DNA of 64,000 bases from Deltaproteobacteria bacterium (GCA_016938065.1 JAFGVI010000139.1:4747-68746); one strand, 5' to 3'. Counted from the stretch's first letter, positions 9,357 through 19,288 are shown. A program made the numbers and translations. Notes: generated by a model from the letters alone, not told the origin.

Positions 9357-10070
9357 AACCTCTCTCTTCTCCTTGTTAAAAAACTTTCCTGCCCTGCAAT
9401 CCAGACAGGACCGACAAAAAGCAAACTCTATTGCCGCAAACCACCTCCTTTTCAACTGATTCTTTATTGCAGTTAATCCAATGTTAAGCCTAAAACATCC
9501 ACTTACTGAAAAAAATAAGTTGCCAATGAACAACCCTATCCGCTGGCCGCCGCATTGGTTAACAGCGAACGGGGCCGGTTTATACGACAAAACGGAACCG
9601 CATCCATGCCAACTCAGTATAGAAATCACCAATCGTAATAGTTGATTTAAATGGCACTGTCAATAGTTAAAATTAACTTATCACTAATCTGATTGTGAAA
9701 AAAATACTTTTAAATAATCTTTATATTCATATAATTACAAGGCAAATATGCTATCATGAATATTGAATTATTAGTATAAATTATACATTTCATTCAGGAC
9801 CCAGGCCGCCATAAACACCCTTAATATTACCCTTAAAACATCCCCTTCTAGGAAAAATAAGACGAGCGCAAAACGCTCTCTCAATCTTCTGCGCTGACAA
9901 AATAAGTCAACCTTTCGCTTGTCTTTACCGCTTTTTTTTGCTAAGAAGCCGCCTTTACTTATGATCCGCTTAAAGTGAATATATTTTTGCCCACACCGGC
10001 GGAATATTTTTCACCTTGTCACTGTTTTGAATTTTCACACTCAAAGACTTAATAAAATGAGGAATATTTC

Positions 10071-10940
10071 ATGGGTTTACATCTGATTGTAACCGTAAAA
10101 CAGGTACCTGACACGCACAATGTCTCAGGTAATGCCATGAAAGAGGATGGTACCGTAAACCGCGCCGCGCTGCCCACAATTTTCAACCCCGAAGATCTTA
10201 ACGCCCTTGAGGAAGCCCTGAAAATCAAAGAGCTCACCGGCGGTCGGGTAACCTGTATCTCTATGGGGCCGCCGAATGCGGTTGAAGTTTTGAAAGAGTG
10301 TCTTTACCGGGGGGCCGATGATGTTATCCTGATTTCCGACCGGCGCTTTGCCGGAGCTGACACGCTGGCCACATCCTACGTCCTGAAATGCGCCATTGAA
10401 CGGGTTGGCAGCTATGATCTGATTCTCTGCGGTCGCCAGGCAATCGATGGGGATACGGCCCAGGTCGGCCCCCAGATTGCGGAAAAATTAAAGATAAATC
10501 AGCTGACCTGTGTTGCGGCAGTTACGGCGGTTGATGAAAAATCGATAACCGTTAAACGCTCGGTTGAAGATGGCTACGAGATAGTCAAAAGTCGCTTTCC
10601 CGCACTGCTGACCATCACCGCAGCGGCCAACGAACCCCGTTCCGCCAACGCGAAAAAGGTCATGACCTATAAAAATATCGGCAAGGAGATGTGTAGCCTC
10701 TCTTACGACGAAAGCTATCTCGCGGCTGACGCCTGTGCCATTGTCGACCATATCCGGGAATGGAATGTTGAGGCGATCGCCGCCGATCCTGATCAGTGCG
10801 GTCTGTCAGGGTCGCCCACCAAAGTCAAAAAAATTCAGAGTGTGGTGCTCTCCGCCCGCGAAAGCCGGCAGATTGCCAATAACGATGCCGGGATTGGTGA
10901 ATTAATCCATGAATTGATTGAAGAAAATATTATCGGCTGA
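10071..10940 (+). CDS. etfB: Electron transfer flavoprotein, beta subunit (FixA-like)
   Basis: 289-aa ORF. N-terminus LIVTVKQVPDT and CGRQAIDGDTAQVGPQIAEKL. Followed by etfA. Confidence 0.9.
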   Translation: MGLHLIVTVKQVPDTHNVSGNAMKEDGTVNRAALPTIFNPEDLNALEEALKIKELTGGRVTCISMGPPNAVEVLKECLYRGADDVILISDRRFAGADTLATSYVLKCAIERVGSYDLILCGRQAIDGDTAQVGPQIAEKLKINQLTCVAAVTAVDEKSITVKRSVEDGYEIVKSRFPALLTITAAANEPRSANAKKVMTYKNIGKEMCSLSYDESYLAADACAIVDHIREWNVEAIAADPDQCGLSGSPTKVKKIQSVVLSARESRQIANNDAGIGELIHELIEENIIG

Positions 10941-11006
10941 GAAAGACTTTCCGAAAAATAAAGCAGATCAAGCTTTTACGCTGCCATCAGGAGCTCTTAT
11001 AAGGAC

Positions 11007-12020
11007 ATGGATAGTAAAAAAAACATACTGGTTTTCATTGAAGCCCGCAACCGCAAATTTGCCGAAGTCAGCCTCGAACTGCTCTGCGCCGCCGACCGGC
11101 TGGCCCGTGAACTCGGAGGTCGCGTCGAAGCCGTCGCGCTCGGGTACAACCTTGAAGATGAGCTTAAAACCCTCGGCCGCTATGGTTGTGAAAGGGTCTA
11201 TTATACCAGCGATGCGCGTTTGGCCCATTTCACCTCGGTGCCCTACGCCAAAATGGTCGTCCGCATAATCGAAAAATATCAGCCCGGCATCGTCCTGTTC
11301 GGCGCGACCACCATGGGCCGCGACGTTGCCCCCCGGGTTGCCTCGGCCCTCAAATGCGGCCTTACCGCCGACTGCACTGACTTGAAAATCGGCGAACACC
11401 AGATCAAGGATACTCTCTACCAGAACATCCTGATGCAGATTCGTCCGGCCTTTGGCGGCAATATCATCGCCACCATCGTCTCCCCCGAAAGCGTGCCCAG
11501 CATGGCAACAGTGCGCGAAGGGGTCATGAAGTTGAGCCCGGTCGAAACCGAAAAAAACGTTGAAATTCTACCTGAGCCCTGCAGCCTTGACGAACATGAC
11601 TTTCTTTCCGAGGTGCTGGAGGTGATCCGCGAAGAAAAAAAGGTCAACCTGAAAGCCGCACAGATTATTGTCTCCGCCGGAATGGGCGCCAGTGACCCCG
11701 AGAGCCTGGCTCTGACCAAAGAACTGGCCCGGATCCTGGGCGGAGAGCTGGGCTGCTCCCGGCCGGTTGTCGACTCGGGCATTCTCGACAAGGATCATCA
11801 AGTCGGACAGACCGGCATTACCGTACGCCCGAATCTCTATATCGCCTGCGGCATCTCCGGCCAGATTCAGCATCGGGCCGGCATGGCCGAAGCCAAACGG
11901 ATTATCGCGATCAACAAAGATCCTCAGGCACCGATTTTCGCCCTGGCCCACTACGGCATTGTCGGTGAAGTAAAAGATGTTCTGGGCAAGATGATCAAAG
12001 CCTACAAAACCAAAGCTTAG
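11007..12020 (+). CDS. etfA: Electron transfer flavoprotein, alpha subunit (FixB-like)
   Basis: 337-aa ORF. C-terminal FAD-binding region VSAGMGA...SRPVVDSG...QVGQTG..V.P.LYIACGISGQIQH. Confidence 0.9.
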   Translation: MDSKKNILVFIEARNRKFAEVSLELLCAADRLARELGGRVEAVALGYNLEDELKTLGRYGCERVYYTSDARLAHFTSVPYAKMVVRIIEKYQPGIVLFGATTMGRDVAPRVASALKCGLTADCTDLKIGEHQIKDTLYQNILMQIRPAFGGNIIATIVSPESVPSMATVREGVMKLSPVETEKNVEILPEPCSLDEHDFLSEVLEVIREEKKVNLKAAQIIVSAGMGASDPESLALTKELARILGGELGCSRPVVDSGILDKDHQVGQTGITVRPNLYIACGISGQIQHRAGMAEAKRIIAINKDPQAPIFALAHYGIVGEVKDVLGKMIKAYKTKA

Positions 12021-12030
12021 GAGTTCGATA

Positions 12031-13752
12031 ATGGCCAATTTTTATCGGGATAATGCAGATATTCTTTTTCATATGCACAATCTGGATCTGACCCGGGTTG
12101 TTGATCTGAAAGAAGACGGCTTCAGCAACTCGGACAACTCGCCTTACGCCCCGCAGGATGAGGCCGATGCGCGGGATAATTATGATCGCGTCCTGGCTAT
12201 TGTCGGGGAGATTGCCGGGGATTTTGCCGCCCCCAGAGCCCGTGAGGTCGACGCCGAGGGAGCAACCTTTGCCGATGGAGAAGTAACCTATCCCAAAGGT
12301 ATTCAGGAAACTGTTGCCCGTATTAACCAGGCTGACCTGGCCGGCTTCACCATGCCCCGCAAATATGGCGGCATCAATATGCCGATCACGATCTTTTCCG
12401 CCGCAATCGAGATCATTTCCCGGGCTGATGCCTCCCTGATGCTGGTTTTCGGCCTGCAGGGTTTAAGCGATACGATCTGCAAATTCGGCTCCGAGGAACA
12501 GAAACAGCGCCTTCTGCCCCGCTTTGCCAGTGGCGAAGTCATGGGTTCGATGGCCCTGACCGAACCCGATTCCGGCTCCGACCTGCAATCGGTGATGCTC
12601 AAAGCCCATCAGGATGAAGAGGGCATCTGGCGCCTGAACGGGGTGAAACGCTTCATAACCAACGGCTGCAGCGATATCTCTCTGGTAATGGCGCGCTCGG
12701 AAGAGGGCACCAGCAGTGGCCGGGGGCTCTCACTCTTCATCTACGAGCGCGATCAGGACATGAAGGTGCGACGCATTGAACATAAACTGGGCATTACCGG
12801 CTCACCCACCTGTGAAATCCAGTTTAACAATGCCAAAGCCGAGCTTTTAGGCAAACGTAAACTGGGACTGATTAAATATACCATCTACCTGATGAATGGC
12901 GCCCGCCTGGCGGTCGCCGCCCAATCTGTGGGCATCGCTGAGGCCGCCTATCGTAAAGCTTACGCCTACGCCAATGACCGCTCGCAATTCAAACAGCCGA
13001 TCCGTAATTTCGCCGCCATCTACGAGATGCTGACCGACATGAAAACGATGATTGAGGCCTCTCGTACCCTGGTCTATGAAACCTCCAGAATCGTCGACAT
13101 CAAAGAGGGTCTGGAAGAACGCCTGGAAAAATATCCGCAGCGCGCGGCTGATCTCAATGACGAACTTAAACGTTACACCCGGTTTGCGTCGCTGTTTACA
13201 CCGCTGGCGAAAAGTTTTGCCGCGGAGATGGTCAACAAAGTCTGTTACGACGCCATCCAGATTCACGGCGGGGTCGGCTTTACCAAAGAGTTTGATGTGG
13301 AGCGCCACTATCGGGACGCCCGCATCACCAACATCTACGAAGGCACCACCCAGTTGCAGACGGTTGCGGCCCTGGGCGGTGTTATTGCCGGCGTGGTCTC
13401 TGAACGCCTTAACGAATATGAGGAAAACTTCGATTTTACCGCAGTTGCCGACATTTTTCAAACCGCGCAGAAAATGCGCTCACACTTGGAAATGGCCATC
13501 TCCTTCGTCAAAGAGAAAGGCGACAGCGTATTCCAGGAATTTCACGCCGGCAGACTGGTCAACATGACGACCGATGTCATCAATACCTATTTGCTGTGCC
13601 AGAATGCCCTCCGTTCAGAGCGTAAAAAAACGGTGGCCAGAGTCTATCTCAGCAAAGCGTATCTGCGCGTTAAAGCAAACCTTGATTACATCCTTGCCAA
13701 CGACCATGTTTTAATTGACCTGCATGGTGAAGTCATTGACAAAGAAGAATAA
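12031..13752 (+). CDS. Acyl-CoA dehydrogenase, long form with C-terminal extension
   Basis: 573-aa ORF. ACAD middle-domain signature ALTEPDSGSD and C-terminal QIHGGVGF..E..VERHYRDARITNIYEGT. Immediately follows etfBA. Confidence 0.85.
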   Translation: MANFYRDNADILFHMHNLDLTRVVDLKEDGFSNSDNSPYAPQDEADARDNYDRVLAIVGEIAGDFAAPRAREVDAEGATFADGEVTYPKGIQETVARINQADLAGFTMPRKYGGINMPITIFSAAIEIISRADASLMLVFGLQGLSDTICKFGSEEQKQRLLPRFASGEVMGSMALTEPDSGSDLQSVMLKAHQDEEGIWRLNGVKRFITNGCSDISLVMARSEEGTSSGRGLSLFIYERDQDMKVRRIEHKLGITGSPTCEIQFNNAKAELLGKRKLGLIKYTIYLMNGARLAVAAQSVGIAEAAYRKAYAYANDRSQFKQPIRNFAAIYEMLTDMKTMIEASRTLVYETSRIVDIKEGLEERLEKYPQRAADLNDELKRYTRFASLFTPLAKSFAAEMVNKVCYDAIQIHGGVGFTKEFDVERHYRDARITNIYEGTTQLQTVAALGGVIAGVVSERLNEYEENFDFTAVADIFQTAQKMRSHLEMAISFVKEKGDSVFQEFHAGRLVNMTTDVINTYLLCQNALRSERKKTVARVYLSKAYLRVKANLDYILANDHVLIDLHGEVIDKEE

Positions 13753-13820
13753 TTAATGGCGCAACGGGTTAACTGAACGCTGCATTCCGCCGAACGCAGC
13801 CAACGGATCTGTTTTTGAGC

Positions 13821-13849
13821 TTGACAATGCGCCTGCAGCAATATAAAAT
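13821..13849 (+). promoter_or_regulatory. Sigma-70-like promoter upstream of rpmF
   Basis: TTGACA (13821-13826), 17-nt spacer, TAAAAT (13844-13849). It lies about 70 nt upstream of the rpmF ATG. Confidence 0.45.
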
Positions 13850-13920
13850 GCTCAGCCTTTTTATTTTAAGATAGAAAGCGAATTTGATTTTCGCATACCT
13901 AATTTTCATTGGAGATCACC

Positions 13921-14097
13921 ATGGCTGTACCTAAAAGTAGAACATCCAAAGCTAAGAAAAGACAACGCCGCTCCCACCTGGCCCTGACGGCCCCGCAAGC
14001 CGGCATCTGCCCCAACTGCCAGGCCATAACGGTTCCGCACCGGGTCTGTGCCGCCTGCGGGACCTACAAAGGTGAAACCTTTATCAAGGTAGATTAA
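13921..14097 (+). CDS. rpmF: 50S ribosomal protein L32
   Basis: 58 aa from the ATG at 13921 (GGAGA RBS 6 nt upstream). [19 protein letters not shown] and a CPNC...CAAC zinc ribbon. Confidence 0.9.
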   Translation: MAVPKSRTSKAKKRQRRSHLALTAPQAGICPNCQAITVPHRVCAACGTYKGETFIKVD

Positions 14098-14255
14098 ACT
14101 GAACCTGCCCGCAAATGCTATTTCCCCCTCAATGGTTTGTTTTTTTCAGAGAAAGCGCTGGCGCAGCTGACCGCTGCCGGCGCTGATCTTGAAAAGTCCC
14201 GTCGATTTGAGAGAAATCGCAAGCCCGGACAACTGCCAAAAGGCCGGCGCCTCTC

Positions 14256-15353
14256 ATGAAAATCGTTGTTGACGCTATGGGTGGAGATCAAGCGCCGCAA
14301 GAAATTGTTGCCGGAGCCGTTGATGCCGCCAGAAGCTTGAACCTGCAGATCATTCTGGTCGGAATTCAAGATCTGATAGAGCGTGAACTGCAAAAACACG
14401 ACATCCGCAATCTGCCGATCTTCATTCAGCCGGCGGCCGAAGTTGTGACGATGCGTGACTCTCCCAGTAAAGCCATGCGCCGCAAACGCGAGTCTTCCAT
14501 CGCCGTCGGTCTCAGACTGGTGCAGGATGGCCGGGCCCAGGGCTTCATTTCAGCCGGCAATTCCGGGGCCGTTATGGCTATTGCCATGGTAACCCTGAAA
14601 AAGCTGAAAGGCATAGACCGGCCCGCCATTGTCACCTGTCTGCCCACTTTGAAAGAACCCGTAACTATTCTTGATGTCGGCGGCAATGTCGACTGCACTC
14701 CGCTGCATCTGGCCCAGTTCGCCATCATGGGGAGCGTCTATGCGCAACGGGTATTGAATCGGCAATACCCAAAAGTCGGCCTTTTAAGCAACGGTGAAGA
14801 AGAAAGCAAGGGCAACGAACTGACACGGGCCACCCACGAGCTTCTCAAAAACAGCCCGTTAAACTATGTCGGCTCGGTTGAAGGACGGGATATTTTCCCG
14901 GGAGAGGTGGACGTTATAGTCTGCGATGGTTTCGTAGGCAATATCGTTCTCAAAACTGCGGAAGGGCTGGCTCTGGCCATGACCGGCATTCTGCGCGAAG
15001 AGCTGAGTGCCAGCCTCGCACGTAAAACCGGTGCCTGGCTCTGCCGCCAGGGTCTGAGAGAGATGAAAAAAAGGGTAGATTACACCGAATACGGCGGCGC
15101 TCCTCTGCTTGGCATCAACGGCAACTGTTTCATCGCCCACGGCTCTTCGTGCCGCAAGGCCATCAGAAACGGAATTCGCCTCTGCGCTGAATTCTCCGAA
15201 CAACGGGTTAATGAACACCTCCTGAACGAACTCGACAAAAATCACGAGATCCAAAAACTTCTTCCCAAAAAGAAGCTCTGGAACCAGATCAAAGAGAAAA
15301 TAATCGCCAAGGATACCAGCGACGAGATCGACCCGGCCCCAGAGGAAGATTAA
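14256..15353 (+). CDS. plsX: Phosphate acyltransferase PlsX
   Basis: 365-aa ORF. MKIVVDAMGGDQAP and GFISAGNSGA motifs. Conserved position after rpmF. Confidence 0.94.
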   Translation: MKIVVDAMGGDQAPQEIVAGAVDAARSLNLQIILVGIQDLIERELQKHDIRNLPIFIQPAAEVVTMRDSPSKAMRRKRESSIAVGLRLVQDGRAQGFISAGNSGAVMAIAMVTLKKLKGIDRPAIVTCLPTLKEPVTILDVGGNVDCTPLHLAQFAIMGSVYAQRVLNRQYPKVGLLSNGEEESKGNELTRATHELLKNSPLNYVGSVEGRDIFPGEVDVIVCDGFVGNIVLKTAEGLALAMTGILREELSASLARKTGAWLCRQGLREMKKRVDYTEYGGAPLLGINGNCFIAHGSSCRKAIRNGIRLCAEFSEQRVNEHLLNELDKNHEIQKLLPKKKLWNQIKEKIIAKDTSDEIDPAPEED

Positions 15354-15453
15354 CCTTTACCCTCCAGCTCTGAACCTGCCGGACGCGCGCTTACCCCTGC
15401 CGGCAGCAGAAGAGATGAACCCCATTAAAAAGTGTTAATTTTTTTGGTTTTTA

Positions 15454-15483
15454 TTGACATACAACCATCAATACCGCTATATT
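15454..15483 (+). promoter_or_regulatory. Sigma-70-like promoter upstream of fabD
   Basis: TTGACA (15454-15459), 18-nt spacer, TATATT (15478-15483). It sits in the 249-bp plsX-fabD spacer. Confidence 0.45.
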
Positions 15484-15602
15484 GCGGCATTTAAGCAGCC
15501 CAGCTTGGAGAAATCGTTTTTTCCGTTAATAAAAGCCGCAGCAGGACAGCTTGTTAACCGGTTGCCGACTCTCGATTTTGTCACAGGATCTTGATTTTAT
15601 CA

Positions 15603-16577
15603 ATGGAGACCATATTGGAAAGTCCCAATCATAATCGCAGCACCGCATTTATCTTTCCGGGACAGGGATCCCAGCATATCGGCATGGGCCGGGAGTTGTA
15701 CGATAATTTTGCGGAAGCGCGGGAAACCTTTGCCGAAGCTGATGATGCTTTAGGTGAAAAACTTTCGGCCATCTGTTTTTCAGGTTCTCCGGAAGAACTC
15801 AACCAGACCGCCAACACGCAGCCGGCCATCCTGACAGTCAGCATAGCCGCCTATCGTGTTCTGAGCCGCAAACTCGATCTCAGGCCGGTCATGGCGGCCG
15901 GCCACAGTCTGGGAGAGTATTCCGCTCTGGTCGCCGCCGGCACCCTCTCCTTTGCCGACGCCATTCGTATCGTCCGCGCCCGCGGCCGCTTCATGCAGAG
16001 TGCAGTGCCTGTCGGACTCGGCACCATGGCTGCCGTGATGGGCATCAAAGCGCAGCAGATCATTGAAATCTGCAATGAATCTTCGAACCCCGCTCAAGAT
16101 AAAATTGTCGAGCCGGCCAACTTCAACTGCCCGGGACAAATCGTCATTTCCGGACATGTTCCGGCGATTATGGAAGCCGGGGAGAAGGCACAGCAGGCGG
16201 GAGCCAGCCGGGTTGTAAAATTACCGGTCAGCGCCCCTTTCCACTGCTCTTTAATGCGTCCGGCTGCAGAAAAATTAGCCGAACGTTTTGCCGATGTTCA
16301 AGTCCGCGAGCCGGCCATACCGATCATCTCCAATGTTGATGCCGAAACCAACTACCATATCGACAGCGTGCGCCACCTTCTTATAAAACAGGTCAGCAGT
16401 GCCGTCCGCTGGGAAGAATCAATGCAGCTGGCAGTCAGTCAGGGAGTCACCCGGGTCATCGAACTGGGTCCGGGACGGGTTCTTTCGGGACTTATGCGGC
16501 GCATCAACCGCCAGATAAAAACCATGAACCTGGCGACCTGCCAGGATCTTGACGACATTATTGAGAATTGCGCATGA
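15603..16577 (+). CDS. fabD: Malonyl CoA-ACP transacylase
   Basis: FIFPGQGSQ and the GHSLGEYSALV nucleophile elbow. Start is uncertain: ATG at 15603 or TTG at 15591. Confidence 0.92.
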   Translation: METILESPNHNRSTAFIFPGQGSQHIGMGRELYDNFAEARETFAEADDALGEKLSAICFSGSPEELNQTANTQPAILTVSIAAYRVLSRKLDLRPVMAAGHSLGEYSALVAAGTLSFADAIRIVRARGRFMQSAVPVGLGTMAAVMGIKAQQIIEICNESSNPAQDKIVEPANFNCPGQIVISGHVPAIMEAGEKAQQAGASRVVKLPVSAPFHCSLMRPAAEKLAERFADVQVREPAIPIISNVDAETNYHIDSVRHLLIKQVSSAVRWEESMQLAVSQGVTRVIELGPGRVLSGLMRRINRQIKTMNLATCQDLDDIIENCA

Positions 16578-17350
16578 TGACTACCGCTGACCCTTTCAAT
16601 TTCACCGGAAAAGTCGCTCTGGTTACCGGCGGCACTCGGGGGATCGGCAAAGAGCTGACGGTTGCCTTGGCTCAGCGCGGCGCCCGAGTCTATTTTTGCG
16701 GCACCAACGAGGCCCTCGGAGCTGACGTTGCCGGCGAGATCAACCGGACTATGGCTGCAGGTCAGGCCGGCGTCTCTTTCCTCAAGGTTGACGTCTCCAG
16801 TTTTACGGCCTGCAACGAGATGGTTGCCGAGATCACAGCCGAAAGCAAACAGATTGATTTTCTCATCAATAATGCCGGCATCACCCGCGACAATCTGCTC
16901 CTGCGGCTTAAAGAGAGTGATTGGGACGAAGTTATGGCGGTTAATCTAAAGGGCAGTTTCAACTGCAGTAAAGCTGTCGTCCGGGGCATGCTCAAAAATC
17001 GCTACGGCCGCATAATCTTTCTCTCCTCGGTCGTCGGCCTGATGGGCAACAGCGGCCAGGTCAACTATGCTGCCGCCAAAGCCGGCATTATCGGCATGGC
17101 CCGGAGCCTGGCCCGCGAACTCGCCTCGAGAAATATCAACAGCAACGTCATCGCCCCAGGCTACATCGAGACCGAAATGACAGAAGCCATGGACCCTAAA
17201 GCCCAGGAAAAAATTCAGGAATCTATCCCCGCCGGCCGTCTGGGCAAGGTGGGCGACATCAGCAATGCAGCCCTTTTTCTGCTCTCCCCTATGGCTGATT
17301 ATATTACCGGCCAGGTAATTCAGGTCGATGGCGGCCTGTTGATGGCTTAA
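16574..17350 (+). CDS. fabG: 3-oxoacyl-ACP reductase
   Basis: SDR motifs TGGTRGIGK, NNAGITRD and YAAAKAG. The ATG overlaps the fabD TGA (ATGA). Confidence 0.93.
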   Translation: MMTTADPFNFTGKVALVTGGTRGIGKELTVALAQRGARVYFCGTNEALGADVAGEINRTMAAGQAGVSFLKVDVSSFTACNEMVAEITAESKQIDFLINNAGITRDNLLLRLKESDWDEVMAVNLKGSFNCSKAVVRGMLKNRYGRIIFLSSVVGLMGNSGQVNYAAAKAGIIGMARSLARELASRNINSNVIAPGYIETEMTEAMDPKAQEKIQESIPAGRLGKVGDISNAALFLLSPMADYITGQVIQVDGGLLMA

Positions 17351-17499
17351 AAGCAGTCCGGCACTTGAACTGAACCGTAAACCTTTAACCTTATTGTTAA
17401 CTTATCAACAAAACCCGTAACCTTAAAAAAAACAACCAACGTGAGGCACAGTTAGTTATCTTAACCCAACTATCGCCGTCATAAAAAGGAGACCGCAAG

Positions 17500-17736
17500 A
17501 TGTCAATAGAAGTAAAAATAAAAGAGATTATCGCTGAAAAACTGGGCATTAAAGACGCAGAAGAGATCAGTAACGATGCCTCCTTCATAGATGACCTGGG
17601 GGCGGACTCGCTTGATACCGTCGAATTGGTCATGGCTTTTGAAGAGGAGTACGGGGTCGAGATTTCCGATGAAGAAGCTGAAAAGATCAGAACCGTTCAG
17701 AACGCCATTGATTATGTGACCCAGCACTCGGCCTAG
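17500..17736 (+). CDS. acpP: Acyl carrier protein
   Basis: 78-aa ORF with the [13 protein letters not shown] phosphopantetheine attachment motif. AAGGAG RBS upstream. Confidence 0.97.
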   Translation: MSIEVKIKEIIAEKLGIKDAEEISNDASFIDDLGADSLDTVELVMAFEEEYGVEISDEEAEKIRTVQNAIDYVTQHSA

Positions 17737-17786
17737 ACGACTGAAGCAGCAGATTTAGCCTTGGCAATGTTAGAGTTTATGATAAA

Positions 17787-17819
17787 CGTCTTTCCGTCTC
17801 CGGGAAGGCGTTTTTTTTT
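17787..17819 (+). terminator. Rho-independent terminator after acpP
   Basis: 10-bp stem CGTCTTTCCG/CGGGAAGGCG (two G-U pairs), loop TCTC, followed by T9. Confidence 0.75.
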
Positions 17820-17862
17820 GCTTTACAATTATCTTCAATGCCGATAAAAAGTAGCGCGCCAG

Positions 17863-17896
17863 GCGATAACCCCATGCGATAACCCTATGCGAAAAC
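17863..17896. repeat. 13-bp-period tandem direct repeat upstream of fabF
   Basis: GCGATAACCC (17863-17872), GCGATAACCC (17876-17885) and a partial GCGAAAAC (17889-17896). It ends about 30 nt before the fabF GTG. Confidence 0.5.
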
Positions 17897-17927
17897 TATA
17901 GACAAGTGAAATTGGAGAGGTACAAAA

Positions 17928-19163
17928 GTGAAACGCAGAGTCGTCGTGACCGGAGTTGGTATGGTTACCCCTCTGGGAACCGGAGTTGAAAAAAATTGGC
18001 AGCGCCTGCTGGCAGGTGAATCCGGCATCAGTCTGATAACTTCCTTCGATACGGAAAAATTTGCCACCAGGATTGCCGGCCAGGTCAAAGATTTTGAAGT
18101 CACCGACTTCATTGAGAGCAAAGAAACCCGCAAAATGGATACCTTCATCCATTTTGCCATGGCTGCAGCCGACATGGCAATGTCGATGGCGAAGCTTGAA
18201 ATAACCCCGGCTTTAAGCCCAAGGGTTGGAGTGTCGGTCGGCGCCGGACTCGGAGGGTTGCCGTGTCTGGAAGAGTACCACAAGATTCTCCTGGAAAAAG
18301 GCCCCCGGCGGGTCTCGCCTTTTTTCATCCCGATGATGATTGCCAATCTGGCACCCGGCAATATAGCTATCCGGCATCAGGCCAAAGGCCCCAACATCTC
18401 GGTGGTTACAGCTTGTGCCACAGGTACGCACTCCATCGGCGAAGGCATGAAAATCATTCAGCGCAATGACAGTGATGTCATGATCTGCGGCGGCACCGAA
18501 GCGGCGGTGACCCCGCTCTGCATCGCCGGCTTTAATGCCATGAAAGCCTTGTCGACCAGAAATGACGAGCCCACAAAAGCCAGCCGTCCTTTCGACAAAG
18601 GGCGCGACGGTTTTGTCCCGGCGGAGGGTGCCGGCATACTGATTCTTGAGGAACTCGAATTTGCCCTGAAACGCGGAGCGCCGATTCTGGCCGAGCTGAC
18701 CGGCTACGGCAGTTCCTGTGATGCCTTCCACATCGCTTCGCCGGCCCCCGAAGGGGTTGGCGCCGCCGCCTGTATGGAGGCGGCTCTGCGCGATGGCGGC
18801 CTGCAGCCTTCAGACATCGACTATATCAATGCCCACGGCACTTCGACCTATTTTAACGACCTTTACGAAACCCAGGCGATCAAGAAAGTTTTTGGAGATC
18901 ATGCCGGAAAACTTCTGATCAGCTCGAGCAAATCGATGACCGGCCACATGCTGGGAGGTACCGGAGCCGTAGAAGCGGCATTCACAATCCTGACGATTCA
19001 GCATGGTAAAGTACCACCCACCATAAACCTGGACAATCCCGATCCGGAATGCGACCTCAACTACGTTCCCAACCAGGCCGTTACGGCCCGGATTAAACAT
19101 GCTATAAGTAACTCATTCGGTTTTGGCGGGACCAACGCAACCCTTGCCTTTTCCGCTTACTGA
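17928..19163 (+). CDS. fabF: 3-oxoacyl-ACP synthase II
   Basis: 411 aa, GTG start behind a GGAGAGG RBS. Active-site VVTACATGTHSIG, HGTST and GHMLGGTG. Confidence 0.95.
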   Translation: MKRRVVVTGVGMVTPLGTGVEKNWQRLLAGESGISLITSFDTEKFATRIAGQVKDFEVTDFIESKETRKMDTFIHFAMAAADMAMSMAKLEITPALSPRVGVSVGAGLGGLPCLEEYHKILLEKGPRRVSPFFIPMMIANLAPGNIAIRHQAKGPNISVVTACATGTHSIGEGMKIIQRNDSDVMICGGTEAAVTPLCIAGFNAMKALSTRNDEPTKASRPFDKGRDGFVPAEGAGILILEELEFALKRGAPILAELTGYGSSCDAFHIASPAPEGVGAAACMEAALRDGGLQPSDIDYINAHGTSTYFNDLYETQAIKKVFGDHAGKLLISSSKSMTGHMLGGTGAVEAAFTILTIQHGKVPPTINLDNPDPECDLNYVPNQAVTARIKHAISNSFGFGGTNATLAFSAY

Positions 19164-19233
19164 GAACTGAAGTACAATTTAAACCGGCGCAAACCTGTGC
19201 GCCATATCACTCACAACGACAAAACTGACTGCC

Positions 19234-19263
19234 CCACTGACAACGGCTTGTCCCTGTCAGTGG
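19234..19263 (+). other. Perfect 9-bp hairpin between fabF and rpiB/glyA
   Basis: CCACTGACA / TGTCAGTGG with a 12-nt loop. No clear U-run follows (CTTTCG). May be a weak terminator or processing site. Confidence 0.3.
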
Positions 19264-19288
19264 CTTTCGCGGTGCAGAAAAGAGAACT

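Noticed and set aside
9357-9632. The 92-codon N-terminal extension of the decahaem cytochrome ORF in the track (432 aa).
   Set aside because: The extension is Cys/Phe/Arg-rich with no signal peptide. The internal ATG at 9356 has an AAGGAG-type RBS, is followed by a proper signal peptide, and gives the MtrA-typical length of about 340 aa.
9652-9668. A TGGCAC hexamer suggesting a sigma-54 -24 element.
   Set aside because: The required TTGC -12 element at the correct spacing is missing (TGGCAC-TGTCA-ATAG). The site points toward etfB, about 400 bp away.
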